Source of the DNA: Paragordius varius
Lineage: Eukaryota; Animalia; Nematomorpha
Assembly (NCBI GenBank): GCA_964247055.1
Contig: OZ176056.1
Span: forward strand, 7,688,001 to 7,752,000
DNA: 64,000 bases
Direction: 5' to 3'
Shown piece by piece: positions 26,500-39,600 of the stretch; positions within the stretch are counted from its first letter, which is position 1, and each line of letters opens with the position of its first letter. The notes beneath the pieces are model-generated. The model worked only from the letters and a program-made list of their open reading frames with translations, did not search any database and was not told where the DNA came from. The position numbers were made by a program, and so were the translations under genes.

Positions 26500-27720
26500 A
26501 TTCTGATAGATAAATATCAGGATTCTAATGGTGCTTTTGGTTTTGGGCCTTACTGGTGACATAAAAAAGTTATTACCACTTTTGTGGTCATTTCTCCATA
26601 TCAGCAAATAGCAAAATTTGCGCACATTTTGCTAAATAAAATTTTTTGGTGAAAGCTATTGCTTCAAGAAATATTCCATCAATTTTCCGTTAAAAATAAG
26701 TAAGTTGTTTTTAATCAAACAGAAAAATGCCGATATTCCGCGTTAAAATTTTAAATATCTGCTAAATTTTGACATTACATTTCTATAAAAATGGATATTT
26801 TGTTTAATAATTTATAGCAAAATTTTGGTGAAAAGGGGTTTCATTGTTTAAAGCTGAATAAAAACGGTTTAAAAATTTATTGTATATTTCGAGGATGTTG
26901 AACATTTCTATCACCTCTCTTTTTTGATAATAAAATTAATTCATTTGATTATAGCAAGTTGTGTATAACTTGTGTTTTAAAAAAACTGATTTTCTTATAA
27001 AAAAGGATTTCCAAATAACTTAGGTGTCCATGCTTTAAAATACGATAATATCCGCTTTACGATAATTTCACATAAATCAATTTTTTTAGAAAAATATCCA
27101 TTTTTCAGGAACGAAACATATTTTGACGTCCAATTTAGCATATATATAAATTAGCGCAATATGGACATTTTTGCGTTTAGTTTTAGAAAAGTTGATATTA
27201 AACGAATCCAGAAATTTTTACGTTTCGGAGTCTGGAACCAAAATTTATATTTTTAAATATTGTTGTGCTTTTTCCATATAGGTTGAATAAAACATTTGAC
27301 TTTAACCAAAAAATTTCATTAAGTAAAAATGTGCACAAATTGATACTATGATATGGAGCATTGCAGATACCACAAACGTGCAATAACTTACTTAAATCTT
27401 TCTTAAGGGCCAAAACCAAAGCACAATAATAATCCTAATGCATATTACTATCAGAATATGTATATTACATCAGGATATTTTTTACGCCCCTCAATTTCGG
27501 GCTCAGGTAAGTTGACAATCACATGCTTATTCCAAATGCCCTTGTAAAAAAACCTCTTAAGTGTAGATGATTTCATTATGAATCCGAAATCGGCCTCTGC
27601 TAATAAGTCAACGGTTAGATTTGTTTGACCGGTCATATTATGTATTTTTTAAACGATAGATTTAATTAGGAGGAAAAACTATAACACCAAATTTTAATCC
27701 AGTTGGCTTGAATAAATTAA
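26500..27720. mobile_element. Family I old foldback element with long diverged inverted arms; second copy at ~36930-38420
   Basis: 26500-26660 (+) aligns with 27290-27460 (-). Motif ATCAGGATT.T.ATGGTG.TTTTGGTTT.GG recurs near 36945 (+) and, more diverged, near 38150 (-). Confidence 0.6.
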
Positions 27721-28172
27721 GGTTTTACAGCCATATTTTCCTCGGAAAGAAAATTCAATTATAGGATTTTGAATACAACGATACATATGTTTTGACCATA
27801 TATTCTAATATAATTTCAACTCTCATATGTATATATTGAATAATATGTTAAAACAGTTTAATCGTGGCCCTTTTTCATATATCACAAATTTAAAAGTTTA
27901 CAAATAAAAACTTTCTTTAACTATAATAATAATAATACATAGAAAATAGAAAAATAATCAATGCCCTTCTGAAAAGCTAACTGAGGACACAATGTTATTA
28001 TCAATTATTCAGTTTTTATAGAACAATTTTATGCTAAACTTAAACCTTAAATTAGAAAATAGATTCACCAACCAAATTATAAACAGAATATGCCTGCAAA
28101 TTTATTTATAAACATGCATATAATTACTAAAAAAATCATATAAATTTTTTAAATTATCTAATAGGGAGGGTA

Positions 28173-31100
28173 TTAATTTTGAGATTTGTGCTCGTTTTGG
28201 TTCATTTTTGAAAGTTTTTCGGATAAGTCAGTATTGTTTTGTATCATAATTTCCAAATTTCCTTTAATATGCTCCTTTATCTGTAGTATAACAGATATGA
28301 AAAAAAATATAGTAGAAAATTATATTTAAAAATTTTTTTATCAATAAACTACCCATTTTTCTCTTTTTAAATAAAATTTATTAAATCTCTACCATATTAC
28401 AAAAACAGTGTATGTCTTGAGATTTCGATTATTGATTCACTAAAAAAATATTAGCAATTTTAAGATATTAAATAATTAAATACTGTAATAAGTATTTTAT
28501 CTAATATATACCTGCTGATACGTTTCCCGATTTTTCAGCAATTCATTTTGCAAAAGGTTTTGGGTATTTTTCAATTCTGTTAACGAAACTTCAAACTCCG
28601 CGCCTAATTTCAATATGAAATTGCGATATAATAAAAATTATAAAGAAAAAATAAATATAACTATATATGTATCTTGAATTTTACTATCTAACATAAATTA
28701 TTACAGTTATTAAGTGTACGTAATTGAATATGTTAAGAATTAAATCTGTGTTCCTTTTACGAGCCAAAACGAAAACTGTTATTTAATAAAAAATTCAAAG
28801 TTAAGAATGACTGTTTTTATATGTTAAAAAATATTTGTCTTTTTGGTTTCGTCCATATAGTATTAATTTTTACTAAGTGGAATAATATTTCCGTTTAATA
28901 ATATTATGGGTTATTATTAAAATGATATGATAATTTGCAAATATCGCATTTTTTATACCATTAACACCTTAAATTTACCCGGGAACGATTTTAATTTCGT
29001 TTTATTAATTATCCCCCTTAAACAATTCAAAATACCCTTGAGCAATTTAAATTCACCCTAAAATAATTTACATGTATTTGTGTGATTTATTTATATATAT
29101 TAAACCTATATTTAATATTTTGAAAAAATGATTGGTTTAAAATCAAATACTGAAAAATAATAAATAAGGCAAAGACTGACATAATAAATTTTTAGGGTGA
29201 ATTTAAATTGTTTATCAATTATTTTTTAAAAATAGCTGTGGGCAACGGTTGTTTAATAATATTCAAGCTCTTCAAATTTACATAATATATTTAAAAATGG
29301 AAAAATATGATTTAATCAAAATTTACCTATTTTAATAATTTAATTAAAAATACAACATGCCAGAATTTGAAAATATACAACGAATATGTAAACAAAATTT
29401 TTTATCAAACTAATAATATTTTAGGAATGTTTTAATATATAGGGTTATCGAAAAATTAACAGTTTATTCTTTAAAAACAAATATATATATATTTTATCTT
29501 TTGGAATTATATTATTTATTAATTTTTTGTAATGTTAAAAAAAGATAAGTTAAAATCAAAAATTATTTATATCTCTTTGCAAAAACCACTTTACAAACCA
29601 ATGTTAACACGCCATTACCTTCTGGGGTAGTTTTATATCCCAGATCGATTTCAAAATTGAATATCTTAAAACGTATTTAAGTTATTTAGCTGAATTTTAA
29701 AAGAGGCTTTCTTTAAGGTGCATAATACACAATTTTTTTTTTAAAAATTTAAACTTGGAAAAAAACACCGCCTCAAACTTTTGCAGCGCCATTCGTTTCT
29801 ATAATTTTTTTCGCTAAGGCAACAGGCCAACAGATGTATACTATGATTAGAAAATTATAGATAAATAACTTAAAAAAGTTTTCAGGATACAATTTTCCAA
29901 CTAAAACTTAATATATTGTATTTTAATATCAGCTGTTCGTTTCTTTTGTGTCTTAGAGTTGTCCCTATTTAAGCATCTTAAAGTCACAAAACTGTAAATA
30001 AATATAAGCCTTTTTATTTAATACATGTGAATAACAATGTTTGATAACTACTAAATTTTAACTAAAATAACTTTCAAAACGGCATTTTTTTAAACAAAAT
30101 TGAGCTCAGAGATAAAAAAAAACAACCTAATAAGTAAATTAAGACAAAAAAAGTTAAAAGGTAATGAACTGGTTGTGTTAACAAATAATATTTTACACAA
30201 ATAAGGATTATTTTTTTACATAAAGAAAATTAAATTTACCCATATCGATAAAATGGTTCAAGGATTTTAATTCTGATTGTATGCTTGGGAGATTCATTAA
30301 TGAGGGCTCCATACCCTTCAACATTTCATACAATTGATTTATCTAGAAAATAGGGAATATATAACAAATAAAATACAAGTTAAAATTATAAAAATTGGAT
30401 TTATTAGGATGAAAAAATATTTAATTTTCTCCAATATATGTTAAAATTAAAATTTAAGGCAGAACAAAAATTAAAATATCCACATTTTATAGAAGAAAAC
30501 CGTATTTTTATATGATTACAATTGTTAAATTATATATAAAGATTGAGGGTATGTTACCAAATTACAACTCTATTCATTATTTTCGCCATCGAAAGAATTG
30601 GTTATAAATGTTCAATTGTAAAAATAATTGATTTAAAATGTGAAAATATTTACTCTAAAATTATTATAATACCTAAATTTTCTATCAAATAATTTCACCA
30701 TATATACATTAGATAAATTATCCCAAACTTTTTTTCTATCATCACCGTTAAGTAGGATTTGTTGTGTAATAGATTGCGATAACTTATTTTGGACATCTTT
30801 TTCAAGCGTTTCTTGATTCTTGAGGAGAAGGGCACGACTGTTAGCGGTATAACCTAATTTATCAAGGAGTAAATTAGTTTTTTCGCTTGAACTGGTAAAA
30901 GAGCCCCCGCCTTTACTGCTTACACTTTCTTTCAAATCCTAAATGATAAAATAATTGGGTAAAAATCATATATTTATGAAACATCTAAATCTTAATTTAT
31001 TTTGTAAAATGTAAATTATTAACGTGATTTCATTGAAATTATTGTAGTATATGATATGTTTAAAACATTAAGTTGATTGAACACAACGGTAAATTAAAAA

Positions 31101-34100
31101 CACACCTATTTATACATTTATATATCATCTTCAAAAAATTCTCGTTAATTAACCATATTTTTGGCATTAAAGTGTTGTTTTCAAATGAAAAAAAAAATAA
31201 TAAAACAAAGGTTAAGTTAAGCACAATTCTATAATCTCTGAATAACAGTTAAGGATTTTATATTAAAATTATAGCTTGGATAATGATAAAATACTTTAAA
31301 AGCTTATTTTATTAAAGATGTTTAATATATAACCATCAAAAAATTCAAATACCTTAAAATGTGGAAAAATTTCATGGTATTTCAACATAATTTCTTTACA
31401 AACATTTTCAATTTTTGTTTTAGGGTCAGTTTCCTCAGATATATTATCATTATTGTTGACGAACTCAGTAGAGTTTGGTGGGTTAGAGTTCATAACATCG
31501 GTAACAAGGTCCAATTTTTGTTTAAGACTATTTATCATGTCCTACGATATATTAAAAATTAAATATTTTGTCTTTGCTAATATATAAATGGCATTATCAT
31601 TTTAAAATAATAAAAACCAATTTTTATTTCAAGCAATCTGATCTTTTGAAAGATTATTTATTTAGTTTTTTATAAAAATAATTAAATTTTATAGTATAAA
31701 AATATCAATTTAAATTTATGAAGAAATTTGATTTGGAAACAATCCTGCTTTTAAATTTAAAAAAATATATTCAATATATTTCTTACCATTAAAGAGTAGT
31801 CATTTGGATTGGTGGATTGTTCTTTCTATAATATAAAATTGTATAGTTATGTCCTTAATATATATATATATATATATCCCATTTACAATTCATATTCACC
31901 CTAAAAATAAATTATGTGTTTTCGAGCTAAAATAACTAATGATTATGAAATATATATTTATGGCATAATTATTTTTTGAGGAATTTAAAAAAAAAATATA
32001 TAAGCAATTTTTAATCCTCAATAACGCATAATTTATTTTAGGGTGAATTTAAATTATTCAAGGGTGAATTTGAAACGTAAATGGTATATATATATATATA
32101 TGATATTAATACAATTTTTTTGTTAAAAAAACCTTTAAGAGACCAACATCACCAATCATACATTCAATTCGATTTAATCGTTGACTCAGTTCTGACATCT
32201 ATTTATGGATATATTTATCGATTAAGCAATATTTTGAAGTTTTAGGGTAATTACTCATATATATATGTAAATTACACTAGCCGACAAATTTAGACCTTTT
32301 TGAGCACCACCACTCAAAATTTTAATTTTGACTAATTTCAGTGTTTTAAAACCGAACCTAAAAAATATTTTGATCCCCTCAATCAAAAATTTGGGTAATT
32401 ACAGATTTTTCATTTTTAGAAAGACAGGAGAAAATAGACCGAAAATCAAATATAGCTTTATGACAAAATATTTTAAAATTAGTATCATTTAATAAAGAGT
32501 TTTAAACTCTATCTTTTGAATATAAATATGTTATATATCAAGGAGAAAAAAATACGGGTAAAAAGGTTATAATTTAGTGTATTTTTAAACTTAATTTTAA
32601 ACACGTATAAATCAATATGAAAAAATACTAAAAGAGGCATTTTGTGGTTTAAACCTTTGCGTTTCAAATATTTTTAGTTTTGGTTATTTTTAGCCCTTGA
32701 GAGTTTTTCTAGTTCGGTTGATTACAAAAAACCCTGTTAATTATACCTAGTGGATAAAATGATTGGATGCGGTATAATTTGAATGGATGTTGGGCAGTTA
32801 CTTATATTACCTATGGATATCCTACCATATTTTTATAAACTACTATATGATTTAAACTTATCAAATCTTCTTATCTCGATTTAATGGTCAAATTTATCTA
32901 ACTCTATTCTGTGAATTAGTTAATTTCACATGATTATGTCTATGGATGGATTTTGCTGAAATTAACTACGTTATATTCTCTGCAGGTCTCTCCTACCGAG
33001 CTCTAATCACCTCATTAATGTGTACCTTTGCCATATCTGGCATAATTATTTGGGGGAAGTTATTAGGCAGAATGCAAGCCGCCCGGATCTATCACACCCC
33101 ATAAATTAGCCCTTTTAGATTTTTAATATCTTTGATTTTTAAAACTCTTTGGCTCTTGGCAATATATTTTAATTCTATATTTTTGAAGTTCCTTCAGCAG
33201 CGATTTTGGGCAGTTTATATTTTTATAAAGATCGCCGGCATTTTTATAAAATTTTATTATATAATCTTCAATAACGTTTTCTGTAGAGTCTTCGTTAATA
33301 AAAAAAATCTTCTGTGGTATCGTATACTGGCGGTATATTTGAATCATTTCTGCATTTTAGAGGTTAAACAAATAATCCTTCAATGCAATGATCAAACAAC
33401 TAAACCCCGTCACGATGGGATTCCAAAGGACCCCTTGACAACAGCCATCTATCAATCTATCTAAAAAAATCATATTGGCGGCCTCAAATTTTTTTTGTCC
33501 ATGCCATTAGGTAACAGGAAATGCAAAAACATGGGGTGCAACAAAACCTTGTTGACAGTGTTATTGTCCTTTTTAAAATCATGGGTGAAAATTATAAAAA
33601 TTAAGATATAAAAAATAAAATCAACATAAAATTTTATTTAAAAAAACCATAAATACCCTTGATTTAATATTGCATGTTAATGATTAAAAGATATGAAATT
33701 TGGTTTTAATAAGTTACCTATTATTCGTAACGCATAAATGCTATATGGGCAAAAAACCAACGTTTAAATAATATATAATTTTTAAATAAAAGAAATAGTA
33801 GGTTAATTTATGTGTTTTGTTATAGATTTTTACTTAACTCAAACCTTGTGTTTATATTCGGTTTCCTTAATATCCAATAATGATTTAGTCTTAGGGCCGT
33901 CTTTTGTTCCGTTAGGCAAATCCTTTTGAAAACCAGGATCCATATATAATTCCACAATGTTTTTCTGATTAGTGTTGTCCTGGCCTTGATTTTCAAGTTT
34001 TTGATGTAATTCATTCATATTTTTTAGCACAATTCTATTTTTTACTATTTTTTTCATACTTATTACAAGCCAAAAGCGTATCAAAAATATTGTGGTTTTT

Positions 34101-35866
34101 GAGAGTCTTATTTTCAACAACAGAATCATCAATTTTATGTGTTAAGTTGGTTGATTTTTCAGTGTTTAACAAAATCAAGTTTTGAAGGTCAAACAATTGA
34201 TTTTCAGCGGCTAAAGTTTTAGCTGTTAGTGACTTCTTTTCTCCCTCGGTTACCTAATAATTTTATTTACATAGAAAATATCCCAAAATTATACCTTAAA
34301 AAGAGGCATAAAAATATAGCAGATGAAAGATTGAGCAATGTAAAAAGTTATTTAGAGCTTTATATTACGAGATATAAATTTTTATTCTAAGTTATGACCT
34401 TTGATTCTCTATTATATTTTCTGTATATTACCAATTCTTTAAGGTTTAAACTTCATCATTTTTTATATAAGCCATTTTTTAAAAAAAATAATATTACCAA
34501 ATTGATAAAAAATACATTTTGCTCAAACTCTTTAATATATATATATATATATATATATACTTGATCACTATCCAAACTTTTAACATCACGAACAAGGGTT
34601 TTTATTTCTTTTTCGATTCGCTCAATTTTTTCATTTAAAGTTTCAACAATATCCAATTCCTAGAAGTATATTTATAAATCATAAATTACCGGATTATAAT
34701 TAAGCGTTACATATCCAGGTGTGGTAAAATGTAGTTTATTCAACTTTTCTATTAGTTCGGTACTGGAAAAATCTAAAAATATTATTAAAACACACTGTTA
34801 TCCTTAGTCAAATATAAACGTTTATCCTTAAAACGGTTATAAGATTTTTCGACATCCACATTATCGATTTGAACAAAATCATTGCCAATATTATCCTTCA
34901 AATTTTAAATTAAAATTATACATCAGATTCATCAGTAGCGATTTCTAAATTTTTTGGAGTCGGTGTTTCAAATATGTCAGGTTCATCAGTTACCTTAAAT
35001 TAGATTTATAAAATTTTAAAACCCAGTTGGGATTTATAATTTTCGACATGTGTTTTAAGGATGGTGCAATATTCCATGCTGATCACTTTCAACACTTCTA
35101 AATATTCATTTTTTCGCAATAACATTTTGGGGTCGTTTGATGCCTAAGTGTAAAAGCTATCGAAAATATGTTGAAATGAGAAAATCACTCTTATAAATAC
35201 GATGTAAATGAGCAGCTGAATTTAAATTAATAATCAAAAATCTATTAAATTGCATTTAAAAGGTTCACAAATTGAGTTTTTTTTATTTTTCCAACATCTA
35301 CATTTATTTGGCAATCCAATTCACAATTTGAAAAACGGAAAAATTGCAGTTCAAGACGATTTTTTGCAATTTTGAATTTTTGTAAAAATTGTATCGAGCC
35401 CCTAAAAGGTTAAAAACGCATATAGAATTCAACACAGTGCTAAAATAAGATATTTTTTGAATCTTAAATTATCCTTGGGTTTAAAATCCCAAAAGGTCAT
35501 GAGTGATAATTCTGACTTTTTTGCAATATTCAGTGATAATTACTACTCAACATGCTCCGCATAATGGGCAAACATCGAATAGATATCTATTACAGGCTAT
35601 AGAATAAATAAGTACACCTAAAATTTTTCTCCGCCAGCTAAAATAATACGTTTTAAAGTTTAACACCATTATATTTTCCTTGTTTTTTACCCAATGATAT
35701 TTTTGGATGGTCATCTACCCCTTAGATGTAAACAAATTACAAAGTCGTTTTATTAAAATTTAATTATCAAATTTTCTTCCATACTGTGTTGTGAAAAATA
35801 ATAATTTAATAGTTTATTAACTGGTCCCGATTCAGATAGCTTCAAAAACTCGATTGAAGCTAACAA
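28173..35866 (-). CDS. Uncharacterised multi-exon coiled-coil-rich protein (at least ~700 aa, 5' incomplete) with ultra-short introns
   Basis: Phase-consistent exon chain: 35866-35785, 35720-35665, 35596-35552, 35143-35024, 34993-34922, 34895-34796, 34772-34690, 34659-34561, 34529-34498, 34450-34399, 34253-34060, 34034-33845, ~33457-33098 (internal structure uncertain), 31541-31353, 30938-~30700, 30342-30240, 28603-28512, 28280-28173 (TAA). All junctions are GT-AG except the one at 35023/35022 (see findings). Heptad-like segments include ETLNEKIERIEKEIKTLVRDVKSL and FEVSLTELKNTQNLLQNELLKN. No family recognised. Confidence 0.7.
29605..30000. mobile_element. Family H repeat; other copies at ~37540-37905 (-), ~53100-53920 (interrupted) and ~56515-56690
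   Basis: Shared TGGGGTAGTTTTATATCC terminus motif and TTTTAATATCAGCTGTT internal motif; TTAA at the left end. Confidence 0.55.
31878..32084. mobile_element. Family D MITE within a (TA)n tract (intronic); relatives at ~9570-9850 and ~28960-29215
   Basis: Ends CCCATTTAC and GTAAATGG; inner arms TTCACCCTAAAAATAAATTATG and CATAATTTATTTTAGGGTGAA; TA repeats on both sides. Confidence 0.7.
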
Positions 35867-36158
35867 CTGATAAATATGTAATCAGTAGAATGTTATTTCT
35901 TAAATAATTATTTCTCTTTTAACATACATATAACATTTTGCATGTACTTATTAGCATTTTAGAAAAGCGAAAAAGTTAGTAGATGACTTTTTAACAATTC
36001 TGATTTTAAAAAAATTGCATAAAAGGCAAAAAGCATATTTTAAGAATTAGCTGAAAATAAATATTGTTTAAATTATTTTTCATAGCTTGGGTAAACTGCC
36101 CTACAGGATCATGAGGTGCATTGAGACCGGTTAAACAGAAATATACTATTTGCGCTTA

Positions 36159-36640
36159 AAGAGTGTCCTTGAACACTTCAAGTTGGTCCTTGAATACTGC
36201 ACGTTGGTCCTTAAAATTTTTAAATTTTTAACCATAATTTTTGCATGTATTTTTTATTATATTATTTTTTAACCTAATTTTTGTTAATTATATATTTATT
36301 CATTTAAAAATAAAATTTTTAATTCAAAAACTTTATCACTTTAACAAAGTTTTTTAAATTTTTCAATAAAATATATAAATAATAACCCAGAAAATTTACA
36401 TATTTTTTAATTTTAAAATCTTATAAATATTTTAAAATAATTTTAAAAAACTAAAAAAGGAATATGGTTTCTCAATTATTAAAAGTTGATATTGATTTAA
36501 AATTTATGTTAAATAATTGAAAATAGCCCAAACGATAAAATAGATGAAGGAAAAAGTATAAAACAAAAAATCAAAGGACCAACTTGAAGTGTTGAAGGAC
36601 CAACTTGAAGGACCAACTTGAAGTGTTCAAGGACACTCTT
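36159..36640. mobile_element. MITE with ~36-bp TIRs and subterminal GGACCAACTTGAA repeats
   Basis: AAGAGTGTCCTTGAACACTTCAAGTTGGTCCTT and AAGGACCAACTTGAAGTGTTCAAGGACACTCTT; no TSD seen. Confidence 0.75.
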
Positions 36641-39600
36641 GAGGTGCAAATGGTATATGTCATAACATGCCTTTTAACTAATTGTATTTTGAATACGTCT
36701 CAGACGAATAATATATGGAGAAACAGTGATAGCGTATGGACATTTTATTATTTAATATTTACTGGAAACAGCTTGCTAAATTTCAACCAAACTTTATTTT
36801 TTGAAGTCTTTAAGCGCATATTCGAAACCCAATTACACGAGCTTTACCAAAATGCTTTTACATATAAAATATATATTGAAAACAATAGTATATGGCTGTT
36901 GTATATATAGTGTATCGTGATTATAATATTTTATGATAGGAAAATGTATCAGGATTATCATGGTGATTTTGGTTTCGGTAATGCAAAAATTTTTAAAAAA
37001 ATTTGTGGCGCAGTTGATATTATTTTAAATGATGGAAAAGGTAAAAACGCTTTAATTATAAAAAAATTTTTTTTATATATTTTGATAATGCTGAACATTT
37101 CTATCACCTCAGCATTTTGATTAAATATTCATTCATATTCAAATTTATGTTAAATATTCGTTCGTGTTCAAATTCATGTTAATCATAAATTGTTCTTTTA
37201 CAAAAATTGACAAAAGGCTCAACTTCAGCCTTAACACTCTGTATAAGTGTTTTATATGTAAAAACTTTTTTTTTCACGTTTCCATCATGCCCCAAAATAA
37301 CATAAAGCATGCTTCCACAATTATAAAATTTAATTTTTCAACGATTATGCCTTTTTTAAAAAATATTTTTAGTATCAAAATCATATATCTAAAAATATTA
37401 TCGTGTTATCTAGGCATTGTTGCGATTACTTTAGCACTTCATTATTTTTTTCCTAATTTACATAGTATATCCCACAGCTCAATTTTGAATATAAACTACT
37501 TTCAAAGAATGTTCGCATGTATTAGATAATAAAGCCAATATTGATTTACAGTTTTGTGACTTCTAGAGTCTTAATTTGTAGATCCAAATCACAAATGAAA
37601 CGAACAGCTGATATTGAAATCCAAATATATTAAGTTTTAGTTGGAAAAATGCATCCTGAAAGCTTTTTAAAATTAATTATTTATATTTTTACACCATAAT
37701 ACACATCTATTGGCCTAGTACATTATCGATTAAAAAATTATAGAAAAAGGAGACAAAAAGATGATTTTTTCACAATTTTCATTTTTAAATTTTTGTTAAT
37801 GTGCCTTAAAGAAAGCACATTTTTTCGGCTTAATACGTTAAATACACTTTAAGCTATTCAGATTTCAAATGAATCTAGGATATAAAACTACCCCAAAGGT
37901 AATATAGTTATAAGAGAAATCCATATTAAAGAGCGAAAAAAATGGGTCTTTCGGAGCCCACATGCAAAAATTAAAATCAAAAATAATGTTAGTTTATGAT
38001 ATATATTAGGATAATTTTTGGAATGAAACCTTAAGCCATCAAAAAAAAATTATTAAAAAAGATATGCACAACTTTTGCCATTTTATGTAATGGAACTTAC
38101 TTGCAATAACTTTCTTATTTCACTTGTAAGGGCCAAAACTAAAAGTATCATGATAATCCTGATACATATTCCTATAAGAATAATATATTTTATCTAGTTA
38201 TTTTTTATACCGCCCGATTTTGGACACCATCTTTATTCTGGAAGTCCACCCAAAAAATTTGAAGGGCCAAAAGAAATACTTTTCTTTCGGATAGGCCATA
38301 ATAGCGATAAACATTTGATAGCTGTTAACATATTTTCAGATTTTTATACTTCCAATGTATATCAAATAAGGGAGATAAAAAGGAGTTTTAAGGCCCCGAA
38401 TCCGGCTCGTGGGCAGCAACCTGAGCGCAATTGATTTTATCAATTATTTAAGAAAAATTAAATTAATAAATTAATAAAAGGCATTTTTAGAGTTGCATGC
38501 GGCCTGTTGGTTAGATTTCTACTGGTAAAATTATATTTTAAAAGTATGAAATCTGTGCTTAATGGGGAAAACGTATGGGTACATTTAACTTCTATAGCAA
38601 TAATAATTTATTAAATTATACATACATATGCTGGAAGACAAAGCCATTTAATTAATCCCTCAGTTTTATCACACTTAGTATAAAAATAATGGTCATACAA
38701 ATTTTTTTTCCCGAAATCGGATTAAAACACATTTCTGAAACATGTTGGCACGAATGCGCCGAGGCTTAGCCAAAACTGATTCAATCCATATGGTTGCATT
38801 AATTCGAAAAATTTTAAAGTCATTATATATGGTGGCTTAGATGGCCCACCAGTGGTTAATGTAAAAAATGTTGAAAAATAAATTTTTGCTTTTATTAGGG
38901 CATATAAAACCACACTTTTCTTCATAGTAATCTCATAACAAGACCGAAAACTGCTTCAAAGCAAAGCCAATCTCTATTTACATAATGACGCATTTTTTAT
39001 AGAGTGGAGCCCTAACTAGCGGCTATTTTAGAAGGGCTGAACCAAAATATTTTTCCATATACTAATTGATTCTGATTAAATCATATGAATTTATTGTATT
39101 CATGATTATATTTATAGGGGCAAATTTTTTAAGCCACCGGCTAACTTTATATCTATAATATTTGCTATATCCTGTAGGTAAATGAAATCATTTTTGATTT
39201 CTATGGTCTCATAACTTGGCCGAAATGTTGCTTTAATTTTTTTAAACTTGGTTTACTGCGAAAAATGTCATTTTATTGGGTGGAATATTTCAAATAAGTG
39301 GGGCTACTATATTTGAATTCGTAAAAAATAAAAAAAAATTTTCAAATATAAATGGATGAACACGTTTTCTGTCTCAACGAGAGGATTAGTCTATTACTAT
39401 GCCGTGTGGACCTTAAGTGAATGGCTATTCGAAAAAGGACATTTAATCAGTGCTATAAATGAAAAATACAATTTTTGTTTAAATTGGCCCGCAAGTTTTC
39501 CGAAAGTGATTCAAAAACAATAATACTCATAAAAAATAAAATATGTATAAAATAACCATTTACAAATATGACCGATCGTCTAGATTTAATCCATACCAAA

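Noticed and set aside
27198-27636. Two ORFs joinable by a 34-nt GT-AG gap and containing a perfect CX2CX4HX4C zinc-knuckle pattern (CGICNAPYHSINLC)
   Set aside because: The DNA is one arm of the family I foldback repeat. Homologous arms at 26500, 36945 and 38150 do not keep this frame or the Cys/His codons, so the motif is probably chance.
32760-33110. Protein-like stretches on both strands (e.g. MDFAEINYVIFSAGLSYRAL...)
   Set aside because: Short, stop-interrupted, no recognisable family and no consistent splice model; probably an intronic TE relic.
33132-33464. Plus-strand 110-aa ORF, plus 31359-31562, 43133-43375, 43593-44030 and 44067-44261
   Set aside because: Antisense or off-frame shadows of the real exons.
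35597-35666. Extra 29- and 21-nt introns around a 20-nt exon ending in TAG, suggesting stop-codon recoding
   Set aside because: A single canonical 68-nt intron (35597-35664) keeps the frame without it, and long ORFs elsewhere fit the standard code.
36605-37529. Three tandem plus-strand ORFs
   Set aside because: They overlap a MITE end and the family I repeat, have the I/F/K/N composition typical of AT-rich non-coding DNA, and show no motifs.
38198-38434. 78-codon plus-strand open frame after an AG
   Set aside because: Homologous to the family I flank at 27480-27720, where the frame is not conserved.
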